64,000 nucleotides of DNA, from NCBI GenBank assembly GCA_021371795.1, contig JAJFVK010000020.1:30160-94159 (forward strand), read 5' to 3'. The first letter of the stretch is position 1. Each line of letters opens with the position of its first letter. The notes under the pieces were generated by a model. That model did no database searches and had not been told where the DNA came from. It was given only the letters and a program-made list of their open reading frames with translations. Source of the DNA: Planctomycetaceae bacterium (GTDB lineage: Bacteria > Planctomycetota > Phycisphaerae > Sedimentisphaerales > UBA12454). The position numbers were made by a program, and so were the translations under genes. Shown here in pieces: positions 27,584 to 36,883 of this stretch.

Positions 27584-27636
27584 ACCCAAAACTTCCGGAG
27601 GAAGATTATGAGAATCTTCCTCCGGAGTTTTGGGTG
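27583..27636 (+). promoter_or_regulatory. 24-bp inverted repeat covering the miaB SD, start codon and first 9 codons
   Basis: CACCCAAAACTTCCGGAGGAAGATT - ATGAG - AATCTTCCTCCGGAGTTTTGGGTG. One bulged T. GGAGG lies in the stem and AUG in the 5-nt loop. Confidence 0.6.
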
Positions 27637-28978
27637 CCAGATGAATAAATTAGACTCGAGTCTTGTCGTTAATTCATTTGTACAGGATGGATTCGAGTTG
27701 ACTGAAGATATAGGCGAAACTGACGTTGTGCTTATAAACACCTGCTCGGTGCGTAATCACGCGGAGGAGCGGGTACTTTCGATGCTCGGCCATCTCAAGC
27801 ACGTCAAAAAAACTAATCCAAATCTTATCGTCGCAGTGTTCGGCTGTATGGCACAAAGATGCAAAGAAGATTTACTCAATCATCCGGTAGTGAATATTGT
27901 TTGCGGGCCGTTGCAGATACCGGAATTGCCGAAACTGGTTCATAACGCTTTAGAAAATACAAAAAAGCAAAAGGCGGTAAGCGAAAATATCAGGCATAAA
28001 CCAACTGTGGAAAATTTAGCAAGCCTTGATGATTTCGAGCAGGATTTCGATTCGGTTGAAGAGCATTTGCCTGCGCAGGCGTTTGTTCGTGTAATGCACG
28101 GTTGCGATAACTTCTGTTCTTATTGCGTTGTGCCGTATGTCCGCGGGCCGGAGGTTTCGCGTCCGCCGGAGAAAATTATTACGCAAATTAAAAAGCTCGT
28201 CGATACCGGCGTAAAACAGGTAACGCTTCTTGGTCAAACGGTCAATTCATATCAGTATGAAAATCTGTCCTTTGCGGATTTGCTTTATGAAGTGAGTAAA
28301 ATCGAAGGATTGGAATGGATAAAGTTTGTTACCTGCTATCCGCGGGATTTCGATGAAAGAATTTTCAGAGCGATGATTGATTTGCCGAAGATTTGCAGGT
28401 ATCTGCACATCCCTGCGCAAAGCGGCTCGGACAGAATTCTTAAAGCGATGAATCGCGGTTACACCGCCGAGCAGTATCTTGACATTGTTTATAAGGCAAA
28501 AGAGATTGTGCCGGATATTGCCGTCGCGGGCGATTTTATTGTCGGCTTCCCCGGCGAAACAGATGAGGATTTTCAAAAAACGGTTGAGCTTGTCCAAAAG
28601 GCAAAATACAAGAATGTCTTTGTTTTCAAATATTCCCCCCGACCCGGCACGAGAGCTGATGAAAAATTGGCCGATGATGTTCCAAATGAAGTAAAGAAGC
28701 AGAGGAACATAGATTTGTTAGCGGTTCAGGAAAAAATCAGCGCAGAAATAAATCAGGCGTTTATCGGCAGGACGTTGAAAGTGATGGTTGATGGTGTCAG
28801 CAAAAAAGGCCATCTCGACATCGCTCATGAAAAAGAACATACGCAACTTATCGGCCGCTCGGCAGGCGATTACATCGTCGTGTTCGACGCCCCGGCGAAT
28901 TTGGCAGGGCAGTTTGTCGATGTGGAAATTACACGGGCAAGCGCACTGACGTTGTTTGGTAAATTAGACGCAGATTAA
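27608..28978 (+). CDS. miaB: tRNA-i6A37 methylthiotransferase MiaB
   Basis: Motifs: FGCQMN, NTCSVR, radical-SAM CDNFCSYCVVP, C-terminal TRAM domain. Confidence 0.9.
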   Translation: MRIFLRSFGCQMNKLDSSLVVNSFVQDGFELTEDIGETDVVLINTCSVRNHAEERVLSMLGHLKHVKKTNPNLIVAVFGCMAQRCKEDLLNHPVVNIVCGPLQIPELPKLVHNALENTKKQKAVSENIRHKPTVENLASLDDFEQDFDSVEEHLPAQAFVRVMHGCDNFCSYCVVPYVRGPEVSRPPEKIITQIKKLVDTGVKQVTLLGQTVNSYQYENLSFADLLYEVSKIEGLEWIKFVTCYPRDFDERIFRAMIDLPKICRYLHIPAQSGSDRILKAMNRGYTAEQYLDIVYKAKEIVPDIAVAGDFIVGFPGETDEDFQKTVELVQKAKYKNVFVFKYSPRPGTRADEKLADDVPNEVKKQRNIDLLAVQEKISAEINQAFIGRTLKVMVDGVSKKGHLDIAHEKEHTQLIGRSAGDYIVVFDAPANLAGQFVDVEITRASALTLFGKLDAD

Positions 28979-28989
28979 CACGGTTCTTT

Positions 28990-29017
28990 AGACACGGATT
29001 AACGCGGATTTACACTG
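28990..29017 (-). repeat. Inverted, partly duplicated copy of the GTGTAAATCCG(T/C)G motif
   Basis: The minus strand reads CAGTGTAAATCCGCGTTAATCCGTGTCT. Starts 12 nt after the miaB stop. Confidence 0.6.
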
Positions 29018-29040
29018 TTATATAAAAAAATAATTTATTT

Positions 29041-29064
29041 GAACTAATCCGGTCGAAGTGCGTC
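29041..29064 (+). promoter_or_regulatory. Candidate ECF-type autoregulated promoter
   Basis: GAAC (29041-29044), 16 nt spacer, CGTC (29061-29064). Lies 36 nt upstream of the ECF sigma start. Confidence 0.4.
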
Positions 29065-29099
29065 TTTACATAGTGATATGAGAAATCTTAAGGGCCTTT

Positions 29100-29639
29100 A
29101 TGGATTTGGACAAGCATCTGGAAACAATAGTGCATCGCTGTCAGGATGGCGAAAGAACGGCGTTTGAAGAGCTATTTGAGCTGTATCAGCCGAGGCTGAA
29201 ATATTATGTTAGGCGGCTGGATTGTGACGGACACAATATTGACGATATTCTGCAGGATATCTGGCTGACGGTTATAAAGGAAATCCAGAAGCTGAAAGAG
29301 GCAAAGGTTTTCGCTGTCTGGCTGTATCGTATCGCAAGAAATAAGGTTTATGATGGGTTCAGACGCAAAGAAAATTTTGCCGTGCTGCCGGATGAAGATG
29401 AAATTTACATATCAGGCAATGACGAGCCGACTTTTGATGAGGCAGACGGCGAGAAGTTACACAAAGCCCTTAACGAACTCAAACCTTATCATCGAGAAGT
29501 GTTGACACTGTGTTTTATTGAGCAAATGTCTTACCAGTCGATTGCGGAAGTTATCGGTTGTGGAATTGGAACTGTCAGGTCGCGAATATTTTACGCAAAG
29601 CAATCTCTTCGCAAAGAAATGGAGAGTAAAAATGGATAA
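29100..29639 (+). CDS. ECF-subfamily RNA polymerase sigma-70 factor
   Basis: Region 2 (DDILQDIWLTV, WLYRIARNKV) and region 4 HTH (SYQSIAEVIGCGIGTVRSRIFYAK). Confidence 0.85.
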   Translation: MDLDKHLETIVHRCQDGERTAFEELFELYQPRLKYYVRRLDCDGHNIDDILQDIWLTVIKEIQKLKEAKVFAVWLYRIARNKVYDGFRRKENFAVLPDEDEIYISGNDEPTFDEADGEKLHKALNELKPYHREVLTLCFIEQMSYQSIAEVIGCGIGTVRSRIFYAKQSLRKEMESKNG

Positions 29640-30762
29640 GAATAAAAAATTATTTGAAAAACTGTTGAAAGCGGATGGTATTAATCCCGCGAAAACTTTG
29701 GAATCTGAACGTATTGCTTTTGGTAAAATTCTCGACCGACAGTTGGAAACTAAAGAATCAAATCGGGGCAAACTGTTTGCATGGCGAATGCTGACACAAA
29801 GTAAAATATTTCGATTATCTGCGGCAGCCGTAATAATCTTTGCGATATTCATTGGCATAAGTCGTTTTGGCGGTTACCTTGATACGACAAGTGTGGCGTT
29901 GGCAGATGTGGCTATAAAACTTAATCAAATAAAAAGCAGTATTTTTAAAAAGATGACAACAATATCCTCTAAGAACGTAATTAACACATTTGAAACCTTG
30001 TCATATTACACAAAAGGTGCTGTGAGAGAGGACATCTATGATAATGATAAACTAAGTAATCAGGTGTATGTAAATTTTTCTAAAGGAACATTTGTTGGGA
30101 TAAATTACAAGGAAAAATTTTATAGAAAAACAGAATTGATAGAGGATGATATTAAAAATCAATCTGTGACATTAGGGCCGCATGAAATAGCAAATTTCAT
30201 TTTGTCGAAAGGAGAATATAAAAAATTAGGCAAAAAAAGCATAAATGGAATTGCTGTCGAAGGTTTCGAATTTTACGATTTAAGAACAATTCTTAGTATT
30301 GATAAAGATTATGTAAAAGATATGACCATGCGTTTTTGGGTTGATTTAAATTCTAAATTTATAGTTCGTATTGAAGTAGATTGCCTTTTGATTAATAACA
30401 ACAAAGTGAATATCGTTATGTATGATCCCCAATATGATGTTGAACTCGCCCCCAATTTTTTTGAACCGCAAATACCTCGTGATTTCATAGATTACGAAAA
30501 ACGTGGTTTTGTTGGGCTCAATCTTGAAAATTGGCCGACGTTGAAAGTTGTGTCAGGTATGCCTGCAGAGAAAGCGGGAATTAAAGATGGCGATGTGCTG
30601 AAAAAGATAAATGGCCAGGATGTCAGCTATATTAAAACCTCGGAAGATGCAAGGCAAGCATTATCAGGGAAGGCTGGCGACAAGATTGCTCTTACCGTTA
30701 AACGACAGGATTCCGAATATACTTTTGATATTATCAGAGTGACTTTACCGGATAAACACTAA
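29632..30762 (+). CDS. Membrane-anchored partner of the ECF sigma (anti-sigma-like) with a C-terminal PDZ domain
   Basis: ATG 29632 overlaps the sigma stop by 8 nt. One TM helix (IFRLSAAAVIIFAIFIGIS), a periplasmic domain, then PDZ (GMPAEKAGIKDGDVLKKINGQDV). No HxxxCxxC zinc anti-sigma motif. Confidence 0.6.
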   Translation: MDKNKKLFEKLLKADGINPAKTLESERIAFGKILDRQLETKESNRGKLFAWRMLTQSKIFRLSAAAVIIFAIFIGISRFGGYLDTTSVALADVAIKLNQIKSSIFKKMTTISSKNVINTFETLSYYTKGAVREDIYDNDKLSNQVYVNFSKGTFVGINYKEKFYRKTELIEDDIKNQSVTLGPHEIANFILSKGEYKKLGKKSINGIAVEGFEFYDLRTILSIDKDYVKDMTMRFWVDLNSKFIVRIEVDCLLINNNKVNIVMYDPQYDVELAPNFFEPQIPRDFIDYEKRGFVGLNLENWPTLKVVSGMPAEKAGIKDGDVLKKINGQDVSYIKTSEDARQALSGKAGDKIALTVKRQDSEYTFDIIRVTLPDKH

Positions 30763-30763
30763 G

Positions 30764-31381
30764 TTAAGACTTTGTCATTTTATCAACACCGTCAAGGCAG
30801 AGGGCCGACCATGTTTCCAATGTGTCTTTTACTTTATTTAGTTCCGCAGGCGACATAAATTCCAACTGCGTAATCATCTGCTCTTTGCGTTCAACCTTCG
30901 GTGCTTCCAATTGCCAGAAATGGACAACGCCGAGGTGAACCTGGCCGACTTCATTTGTGTCGTCATTCAATAGAGCAACAATTTTATTTGTGTACTTGGT
31001 ATCTACCGAAACTTCTTCGGTAATTTCACGCTGAACGGCTTCCAAATATGTTTGGCGTGCATCGTTGCTGAAAAGCGTCCAATCGACCGGATTGATATGG
31101 CCGCCGATTCCCATTGAACGTTTTGAGACAAGGCGGGTTTCGCCTGCACGTTTGCCGCGGACATAGCTCAAATATTTGCCATCGCAGCCCATTATAACAT
31201 AAGGTATTAATTGCTTAAAAGACGGGTCTTTTTCCGCCAGCGGCCTTGCCATAAATGTGCAAACGCCGGGCGCGAATATTTCTTTAAGATAACGTTCGAC
31301 ATCAAACATCAGGCCGTGAAACGTTCCGAGCTTATCGAGTATTTCTCTTTTGATTACTAATACCTGTTCATCCTGTGCCAT
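30764..31381 (-). CDS. NUDIX-like phosphoesterase (COG4112/YmaB-like)
   Basis: Degenerate Nudix box GIGGHI...EAVQREITEEV. About 205 aa. Confidence 0.5.
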   Translation of the reverse strand: MAQDEQVLVIKREILDKLGTFHGLMFDVERYLKEIFAPGVCTFMARPLAEKDPSFKQLIPYVIMGCDGKYLSYVRGKRAGETRLVSKRSMGIGGHINPVDWTLFSNDARQTYLEAVQREITEEVSVDTKYTNKIVALLNDDTNEVGQVHLGVVHFWQLEAPKVERKEQMITQLEFMSPAELNKVKDTLETWSALCLDGVDKMTKS

Positions 31382-31452
31382 GTTGAGTCCTTTTAAAATG
31401 AGTAATTACCCTGCGTTTACCCCAGCGCGGGGTTTCCGCTTTGCTCCAACGC

Positions 31453-32199
31453 TTAGGGCTCTGAATTTGTTTTCTTTTCTAAATTTTCTTCTGCTTCCGG
31501 TTTCCTGATGTATAAAGGCACAAGGCTGACCGGGTCAGCGAATTTTTCCTGTTCGGCTATTTGAGTGCCGAGTTTGAAAACGTTCGAAGCCTTTGGCGAC
31601 CAAAGATTATTATCTAATATCTTAATATTTTCAGTTTCAAAATTTTTCGAATAGTAAAGCAGTCCTTCGCCGAGCAGATAAATCGGTTCATTGTCGAACT
31701 TCGCTTTGAATTCTTCGGCGGTCATCATACAGTCCGGCTGGATTTTTTCCCACAGATTATTTTTTCTCTCAAAGACGGCGATAAAGAACTGCCCGCGTTT
31801 TGCGTCGATTACAGTTGCGATTTTTTTTACCGATTCATCGTTTACATTCTGCGCGATAACTTCGCTTGTATTGACCGCGACGACTTTGCTTTCGTTTGCC
31901 AAAGCCATCATCTTGGCGACTGTAACGGAAATTCTCACGCCGGTGAAACTTCCCGGACCTATCGAAATATAAATATGATTAATTTGATTGGCAGTCCCGG
32001 AAATTTGTTTCAATAATGTATCTATTGTGTCGAATAATTCAGCGTTATGGCGAAGCGGGGCGGAGAAAGTTTTTTCGTCCGATAATTTTCCATCTAAGCC
32101 AATAGCGACCGAGCCGAGCCTGCCGGTGGTTTCCAGTGCAAGGCATAAATTATGATATGTAATTGCTGAATTTTTCATAAGTTCAGTGATTTTATACAA
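31453..32199 (-). CDS. tsaB: tRNA t6A37 biosynthesis protein TsaB
   Basis: Motifs: LALETTG..GSVAI, SIGPGSFTGVRISVTVAKMMA. TTG 32199 and ATG 32178 are both possible starts. Confidence 0.8.
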   Translation of the reverse strand: MYKITELMKNSAITYHNLCLALETTGRLGSVAIGLDGKLSDEKTFSAPLRHNAELFDTIDTLLKQISGTANQINHIYISIGPGSFTGVRISVTVAKMMALANESKVVAVNTSEVIAQNVNDESVKKIATVIDAKRGQFFIAVFERKNNLWEKIQPDCMMTAEEFKAKFDNEPIYLLGEGLLYYSKNFETENIKILDNNLWSPKASNVFKLGTQIAEQEKFADPVSLVPLYIRKPEAEENLEKKTNSEP

Positions 32200-32511
32200 T
32201 TATCAAGGCTTTTAAAGAAAAATACGCCAAATTTTTTAAAAGAATTTACTCTATAACATCCTAAAATAAGCCGAAGTAATACCGAATAATAATAGAACCT
32301 TGAAAAAAAGAAATATTAAAAACACAAAGTATTATGAAAAACCATTGCTTAAATATAAGAATTAACTTGAAGAACGCAGATTTTGGTGTTAAAATGGCGA
32401 ATCTCAATAAGTACCGTAAGGTCGGTAAAGTGTATGAATCCGAACGGTTAAATAGAATTGGGATGTTGCCTGAGCATCTGAAAACCTTAACTATATTATA
32501 GGAGACTACCA

Positions 32512-35430
32512 GTGTTAATTGGTGTATCTAAAATGAGATGGACTTTGGGCGTATTAACAGCAGCGATACTTGTTTGCACAGTAGCGACATCAGTTGTTTT
32601 GGCGGAAAATGAATCAGCCAAACAGCAGGCAATGCAAATGCAGGGCAAGCAGTTTCTTGACATTGCATCAGAACAGTATAATCGCGGCTTGACTGAAGAC
32701 GCCAAAGCAACAGTTCGCAGAGTCGAAGCGTATAAAGACTATCTTGACGAATCTGACAAGAGCAAACTTGCAGAGCTTGTAAAATCTCTGGGCTTAGAGG
32801 CTGGCAGTGTACAGGCAAGTCAGCCTGTGGTAGAGAATATCGCCGCCGAGCTTCTGACAGACGCAAGAACTCTGGCATCACAAGGCAAAATCGAAGAAGC
32901 AAAAGCCAGATATATGCAGGCAAAACAGAGCGGCAAACTTACCGCAGACGAAATTGCGGCAGTTGACGCAGAACTTGCAGCTCTCGGCCAGACATCCCCG
33001 TCGCAGCCGGTGCCCGCAACACAATCGGAAGTTAATGAGCAATACATAAAATTCGTACCGGTTGACGCAAATACGGTAAATGTAAATCCAGCACCTGAAG
33101 TAAATACAGTTCCAGTTGTAACCCCCGTAGAACCGAATATCGAGCAGCCGGCGGTTATGATTCCAGTTGAACCGGAAAATCAACCCGCAGCGGCACCGAC
33201 AGAAGAACAGGTAAAAGAAAACTACATCGAAACTGTAAAGCAGAAGCAGCGTGTTCAGCAGAGCTATACAAAAGCGGTTGTTAATGAAGCAGTCGCCAAA
33301 GCAAAAGAATACACAGATAAAGAAGAATTCGCCGGCGCCAAAGACGAAATTTTACGCGCAGCATCAGTAGTTGAAAAGAACAAAATGCTGCTGGGCGATG
33401 AGGATTATAAGCAATACACAGCCACATTACAGCAGATGACGACAGATATTAATGCACGTCAGGCTGAAATAGAAAAACAGAAGGCTGAAAAATCCAAAGC
33501 TGAAGCACAGGCATCGCAGGAACAGTTGCGAGGTCAACAGGCTGCCGATAAACAAAAGAGAATCGAAGACCTTCTTGACAGAGCCAACGAGTATCAGGGA
33601 CAGCAGAAATATGAAGAAGCTCTTGCCCAGGTCGATACGCTTATGGCTATTGACCCGACAAACAGGGAAGGCGCTATTCGCAAACAAATGCTTCACGATA
33701 TCATAAATCTTCGCACGCAGTTGGAAATCAAAAAGGAAATCGGTCAGGCAGAAGAAGCTTCTTTCACAGATGTACAAAGATCAATGATTCCTCATGCTGA
33801 GTTGATTACATATCCTCGCAACTGGCAGGATATATCGGCAAAGAGAGAACGCGATATGATTACTGGTGTTGCACCGGTAGATGCGGAAGTTTACAAGCAG
33901 CTTGAAACACAGGCTGATTTGTCGGCACTTACTCCCGAAACGCCGTTCAACGAAGCGATAGATATTCTAAAAAATTCAGTAACTCCTCCGTTAAAGATAG
34001 TCGTTTACTGGAAAGACTTATCGGATAACGCGTACATCGAACCGGATGCACCAATCGGAATGCACGGTTTTCCGGGAATGCCTGTTGGCGAAGCGCTAAG
34101 TGCGCTGTTGAAATCTATTTCAGGCGGAGTGGCAAATATTGATTATGCGGTTAAAGAAGGCATTATTACCGTAGCTACAAAAGAATCACTGCCGGCAAGC
34201 AAGCTTGTTACGCAGGTTTACACTATAAGTGAGATTGTCGGTGCGGTAGCAGACTTTGAACCTACACAGATGCAATCAGGCGGCGGCGGCGGTAACGGCG
34301 AAATACAAAGCAACAGCAACACTTCCGGTACCACTGATGCTGAACAGCAGAAGGAAGAAAATACAGATGATATCGTTACTATTATCCAGGAAACGATAGC
34401 TCCGGAATCATGGCTGATTAATGGTGGCGAAGGTACAATAACAAGAACCGCCAACGATTACAGACTTATTGTCAGCCAAACGCCGCAGATTCATTTACAG
34501 ATACAAAAACTTCTGGATGATTTACGCATGTCAAAGGGCGAGCAGGTATCGATTGAAGCAAGATTTTTGTTTGTAACGGAAAACTTCCTTGAAGATATTG
34601 GCATTGATACGAATTTCCTGATTAATACCGGCGGTGCTTTTACAGATGATATAGGTATTCTTCAGGATTCAGCATCTTATACATTGCCTGGCGCAACAGG
34701 CGTTCCGGGCAGCATGGGCAGCTCCGTAACAGGCTCCACTATAGGCGCGCCTACAATGGGCGGCGTAGGCAAGATTGGTTTGAGTTTGTTCAACGACGAT
34801 TTGCAGCTCTCTTTCCTTATCAGAGCTACACAGGCTCATCGTGACGCAAAAGTTCTGACCGCTCCGAGAGTTACAGTTTTGAGTGGTGAACGTGCAAATA
34901 TTAACATTCTGAAATCAGCGGCATACATTGAAGATTATGAATTTGAAGATATAACAGCTTCCGGCGACAGCCAGCCGACAAGAGTTATAGCAAATCCGAC
35001 ATCGGCTTATGCAGTCGGCGGCGTTACACTTAACGTAACACCTGTAATCAGCGATGACAAAAAATATGTCAACCTGCTGATTATGACAGAGTACAGACAG
35101 TTTAACCTCGATACACTGTTCCCCGTTTACGCGGATACTACCGGCGATAAATACTATCAGACGCTTCCAACTTATGAAACTTCTGATATCAAGACGCATG
35201 TGAACGTTCCTGACGGCGGTACATTGCTTATCGGCGGACAGAAACTTGGTGCCGAAATCAACAAGGAAGCGGGCACACCGGGCCTTTCGAAAATGCCGCT
35301 TATCGGCAGATTGTTCAGCAATCGCAGCAAGGTAAAAGACCAGGAAGTATTGCTGATACTTGTTAAACCGTCGATTATTATCAAAGAAGAAGCAGAGCAG
35401 GAATTTTTCGCTCCGCTGCGTGAAAGATAA
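32512..35430 (+). CDS. Giant secretin-family outer-membrane channel (GspD/PilQ type) with a long N-terminal extension
   Basis: AGGAG lies 7 nt before GTG 32512. Signal peptide present. C-terminal secretin core: VLTAPRVTVLSGERANI, VTPVISDDKKYVNL, VNVPDGGTLLIGG, TPGLSKMPLIGRLF, LLILVKPSII. Confidence 0.8.
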   Translation: MLIGVSKMRWTLGVLTAAILVCTVATSVVLAENESAKQQAMQMQGKQFLDIASEQYNRGLTEDAKATVRRVEAYKDYLDESDKSKLAELVKSLGLEAGSVQASQPVVENIAAELLTDARTLASQGKIEEAKARYMQAKQSGKLTADEIAAVDAELAALGQTSPSQPVPATQSEVNEQYIKFVPVDANTVNVNPAPEVNTVPVVTPVEPNIEQPAVMIPVEPENQPAAAPTEEQVKENYIETVKQKQRVQQSYTKAVVNEAVAKAKEYTDKEEFAGAKDEILRAASVVEKNKMLLGDEDYKQYTATLQQMTTDINARQAEIEKQKAEKSKAEAQASQEQLRGQQAADKQKRIEDLLDRANEYQGQQKYEEALAQVDTLMAIDPTNREGAIRKQMLHDIINLRTQLEIKKEIGQAEEASFTDVQRSMIPHAELITYPRNWQDISAKRERDMITGVAPVDAEVYKQLETQADLSALTPETPFNEAIDILKNSVTPPLKIVVYWKDLSDNAYIEPDAPIGMHGFPGMPVGEALSALLKSISGGVANIDYAVKEGIITVATKESLPASKLVTQVYTISEIVGAVADFEPTQMQSGGGGGNGEIQSNSNTSGTTDAEQQKEENTDDIVTIIQETIAPESWLINGGEGTITRTANDYRLIVSQTPQIHLQIQKLLDDLRMSKGEQVSIEARFLFVTENFLEDIGIDTNFLINTGGAFTDDIGILQDSASYTLPGATGVPGSMGSSVTGSTIGAPTMGGVGKIGLSLFNDDLQLSFLIRATQAHRDAKVLTAPRVTVLSGERANINILKSAAYIEDYEFEDITASGDSQPTRVIANPTSAYAVGGVTLNVTPVISDDKKYVNLLIMTEYRQFNLDTLFPVYADTTGDKYYQTLPTYETSDIKTHVNVPDGGTLLIGGQKLGAEINKEAGTPGLSKMPLIGRLFSNRSKVKDQEVLLILVKPSIIIKEEAEQEFFAPLRER

Positions 35431-35451
35431 TAATCCGAATCGAAAATCAAA

Positions 35452-35479
35452 AGGCCGACTTGATGTCGGCCTTTTTTTA
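35452..35479. terminator. Bidirectional terminator between the secretin gene and aroC
   Basis: AGGCCGAC-TTGAT-GTCGGCCT followed by T7, with an A-run upstream. Confidence 0.75.
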
Positions 35480-35510
35480 TGCTTATTACAAATTGTAAAG
35501 TACGGCGATA

Positions 35511-36854
35511 TTATTTTTCAAACTTTTGTTTTACTGCCTGATAGCCGTAGTGCATCATAAGATTATCCAGCATAATCATTGCCGTATATGCTTGGGCGAC
35601 CGGCCAAACGCGAGCGACGATGGTAGCGTCGCGTCTTGTTATCGCTGCGAGGTTTTTGTTCTCAAGCGTGTATTTATCGATTGTGTGCTGCTGCTTATCG
35701 ATGGTAGGCGTTCCTTTGACTGCAAGCCGAACTACAATATCCTGACCCGTTGAAAGGCCGCCTGTGATACCGCCGGCATTATTGGTATCGAAGATAACTT
35801 TACCGTTTTTCGACTGCATCTGGTCATTGTCCTGCGAGCCGGTCATATCCTTCACAGCGAAACCTGCGCCAATTTCTACGCCTTTTACCGCGCCGATGCC
35901 GAGCATTTCGCCCAGTTGTCCGTCGAGTTTGCTGAATACTGGTTCACCCAGTCCGACAGGAACGCCCGTAACCACGACTTCGACAACTCCGCCAGCCGAA
36001 TCGCCGGTAGCGGATATTCTGTTGCAGGCCTGCACCATTTCTTCGGCAGCTTCAATATCCGGACAATTTAAAATATGGTGAACACCATATTTTTCAATGA
36101 TTTTTTTCGCGTCCATCTTCGGGGTTTTGTCGCGGATTGGGTCGATTTCCTTTTCGATTTGCGCGAAGACCGCCATTTTCTCCAGGAATCTCATCTCGGC
36201 GTTTATTCTGCCTTTAACATAGATTTCCTGATAAAACGGGTCGAGGTCGCATCTCATTTTTTTGTAGTTATCGCAGGATTTCAAAGTCTTTGCGCTGTCA
36301 ACACTGCCGCAGCGAACGCCGGCCAGTTCTCTGACAAAGCCGAATACTTCAATTCCGCATTTTTTCAAAACTTTTTTCGCAACGCATCCTGCCGCGACGA
36401 TTGTCGAGGTGTATCTGCCGCTGAAAATGCCCGCGCCGATGGAATCGTCAGCCGGTCCGTATTTTACGAATGACGCATAAGAAGCGTGGCCGGGGCGTGG
36501 AGTGCGGTTTGTGTCCTGATATTGCTTTATATGTATAAAATGTCTGTCGAGATTCGGAATAAGAATGGTCAAAGGCGTACCGTTGGTCAGGCCCTTATTG
36601 CCTGCGTTCTCGACTGTGTCGGCTGCGTTAATGCCGGTATAGATTACAGGCAAATCAGGTTCTTTGCGTGGTGAGCTTAATTCATCTGCTCCAGGCTTTC
36701 GCAAAAGCAAATCGCCGTAGATTTCCTGCTCGCTGATTGCCATAGCAGGAGGGCAGCCCTGAATACAAGCAGTCAGGCCGTCCTGATAAGACCCGCCTGC
36801 CGCCGTTACCTGATACATTTTTCCAAAATGACAGCCTAACATAGTATCTCCCAT
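35511..36854 (-). CDS. aroC: Chorismate synthase, divergent long form
   Basis: Motifs: RPGHASY, GDSAGGVVEVVVTGVPVGLGEPVF.KLD, KGVEIGAGF, NNAGGITGGLSTGQ. Adjacent to aroA. The canonical FGESHG and GGRSSARET motifs are altered. Confidence 0.7.
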   Translation of the reverse strand: MGDTMLGCHFGKMYQVTAAGGSYQDGLTACIQGCPPAMAISEQEIYGDLLLRKPGADELSSPRKEPDLPVIYTGINAADTVENAGNKGLTNGTPLTILIPNLDRHFIHIKQYQDTNRTPRPGHASYASFVKYGPADDSIGAGIFSGRYTSTIVAAGCVAKKVLKKCGIEVFGFVRELAGVRCGSVDSAKTLKSCDNYKKMRCDLDPFYQEIYVKGRINAEMRFLEKMAVFAQIEKEIDPIRDKTPKMDAKKIIEKYGVHHILNCPDIEAAEEMVQACNRISATGDSAGGVVEVVVTGVPVGLGEPVFSKLDGQLGEMLGIGAVKGVEIGAGFAVKDMTGSQDNDQMQSKNGKVIFDTNNAGGITGGLSTGQDIVVRLAVKGTPTIDKQQHTIDKYTLENKNLAAITRRDATIVARVWPVAQAYTAMIMLDNLMMHYGYQAVKQKFEK

Positions 36855-36883
36855 ATAATTTATTTATTTGGAAACAGTATATA

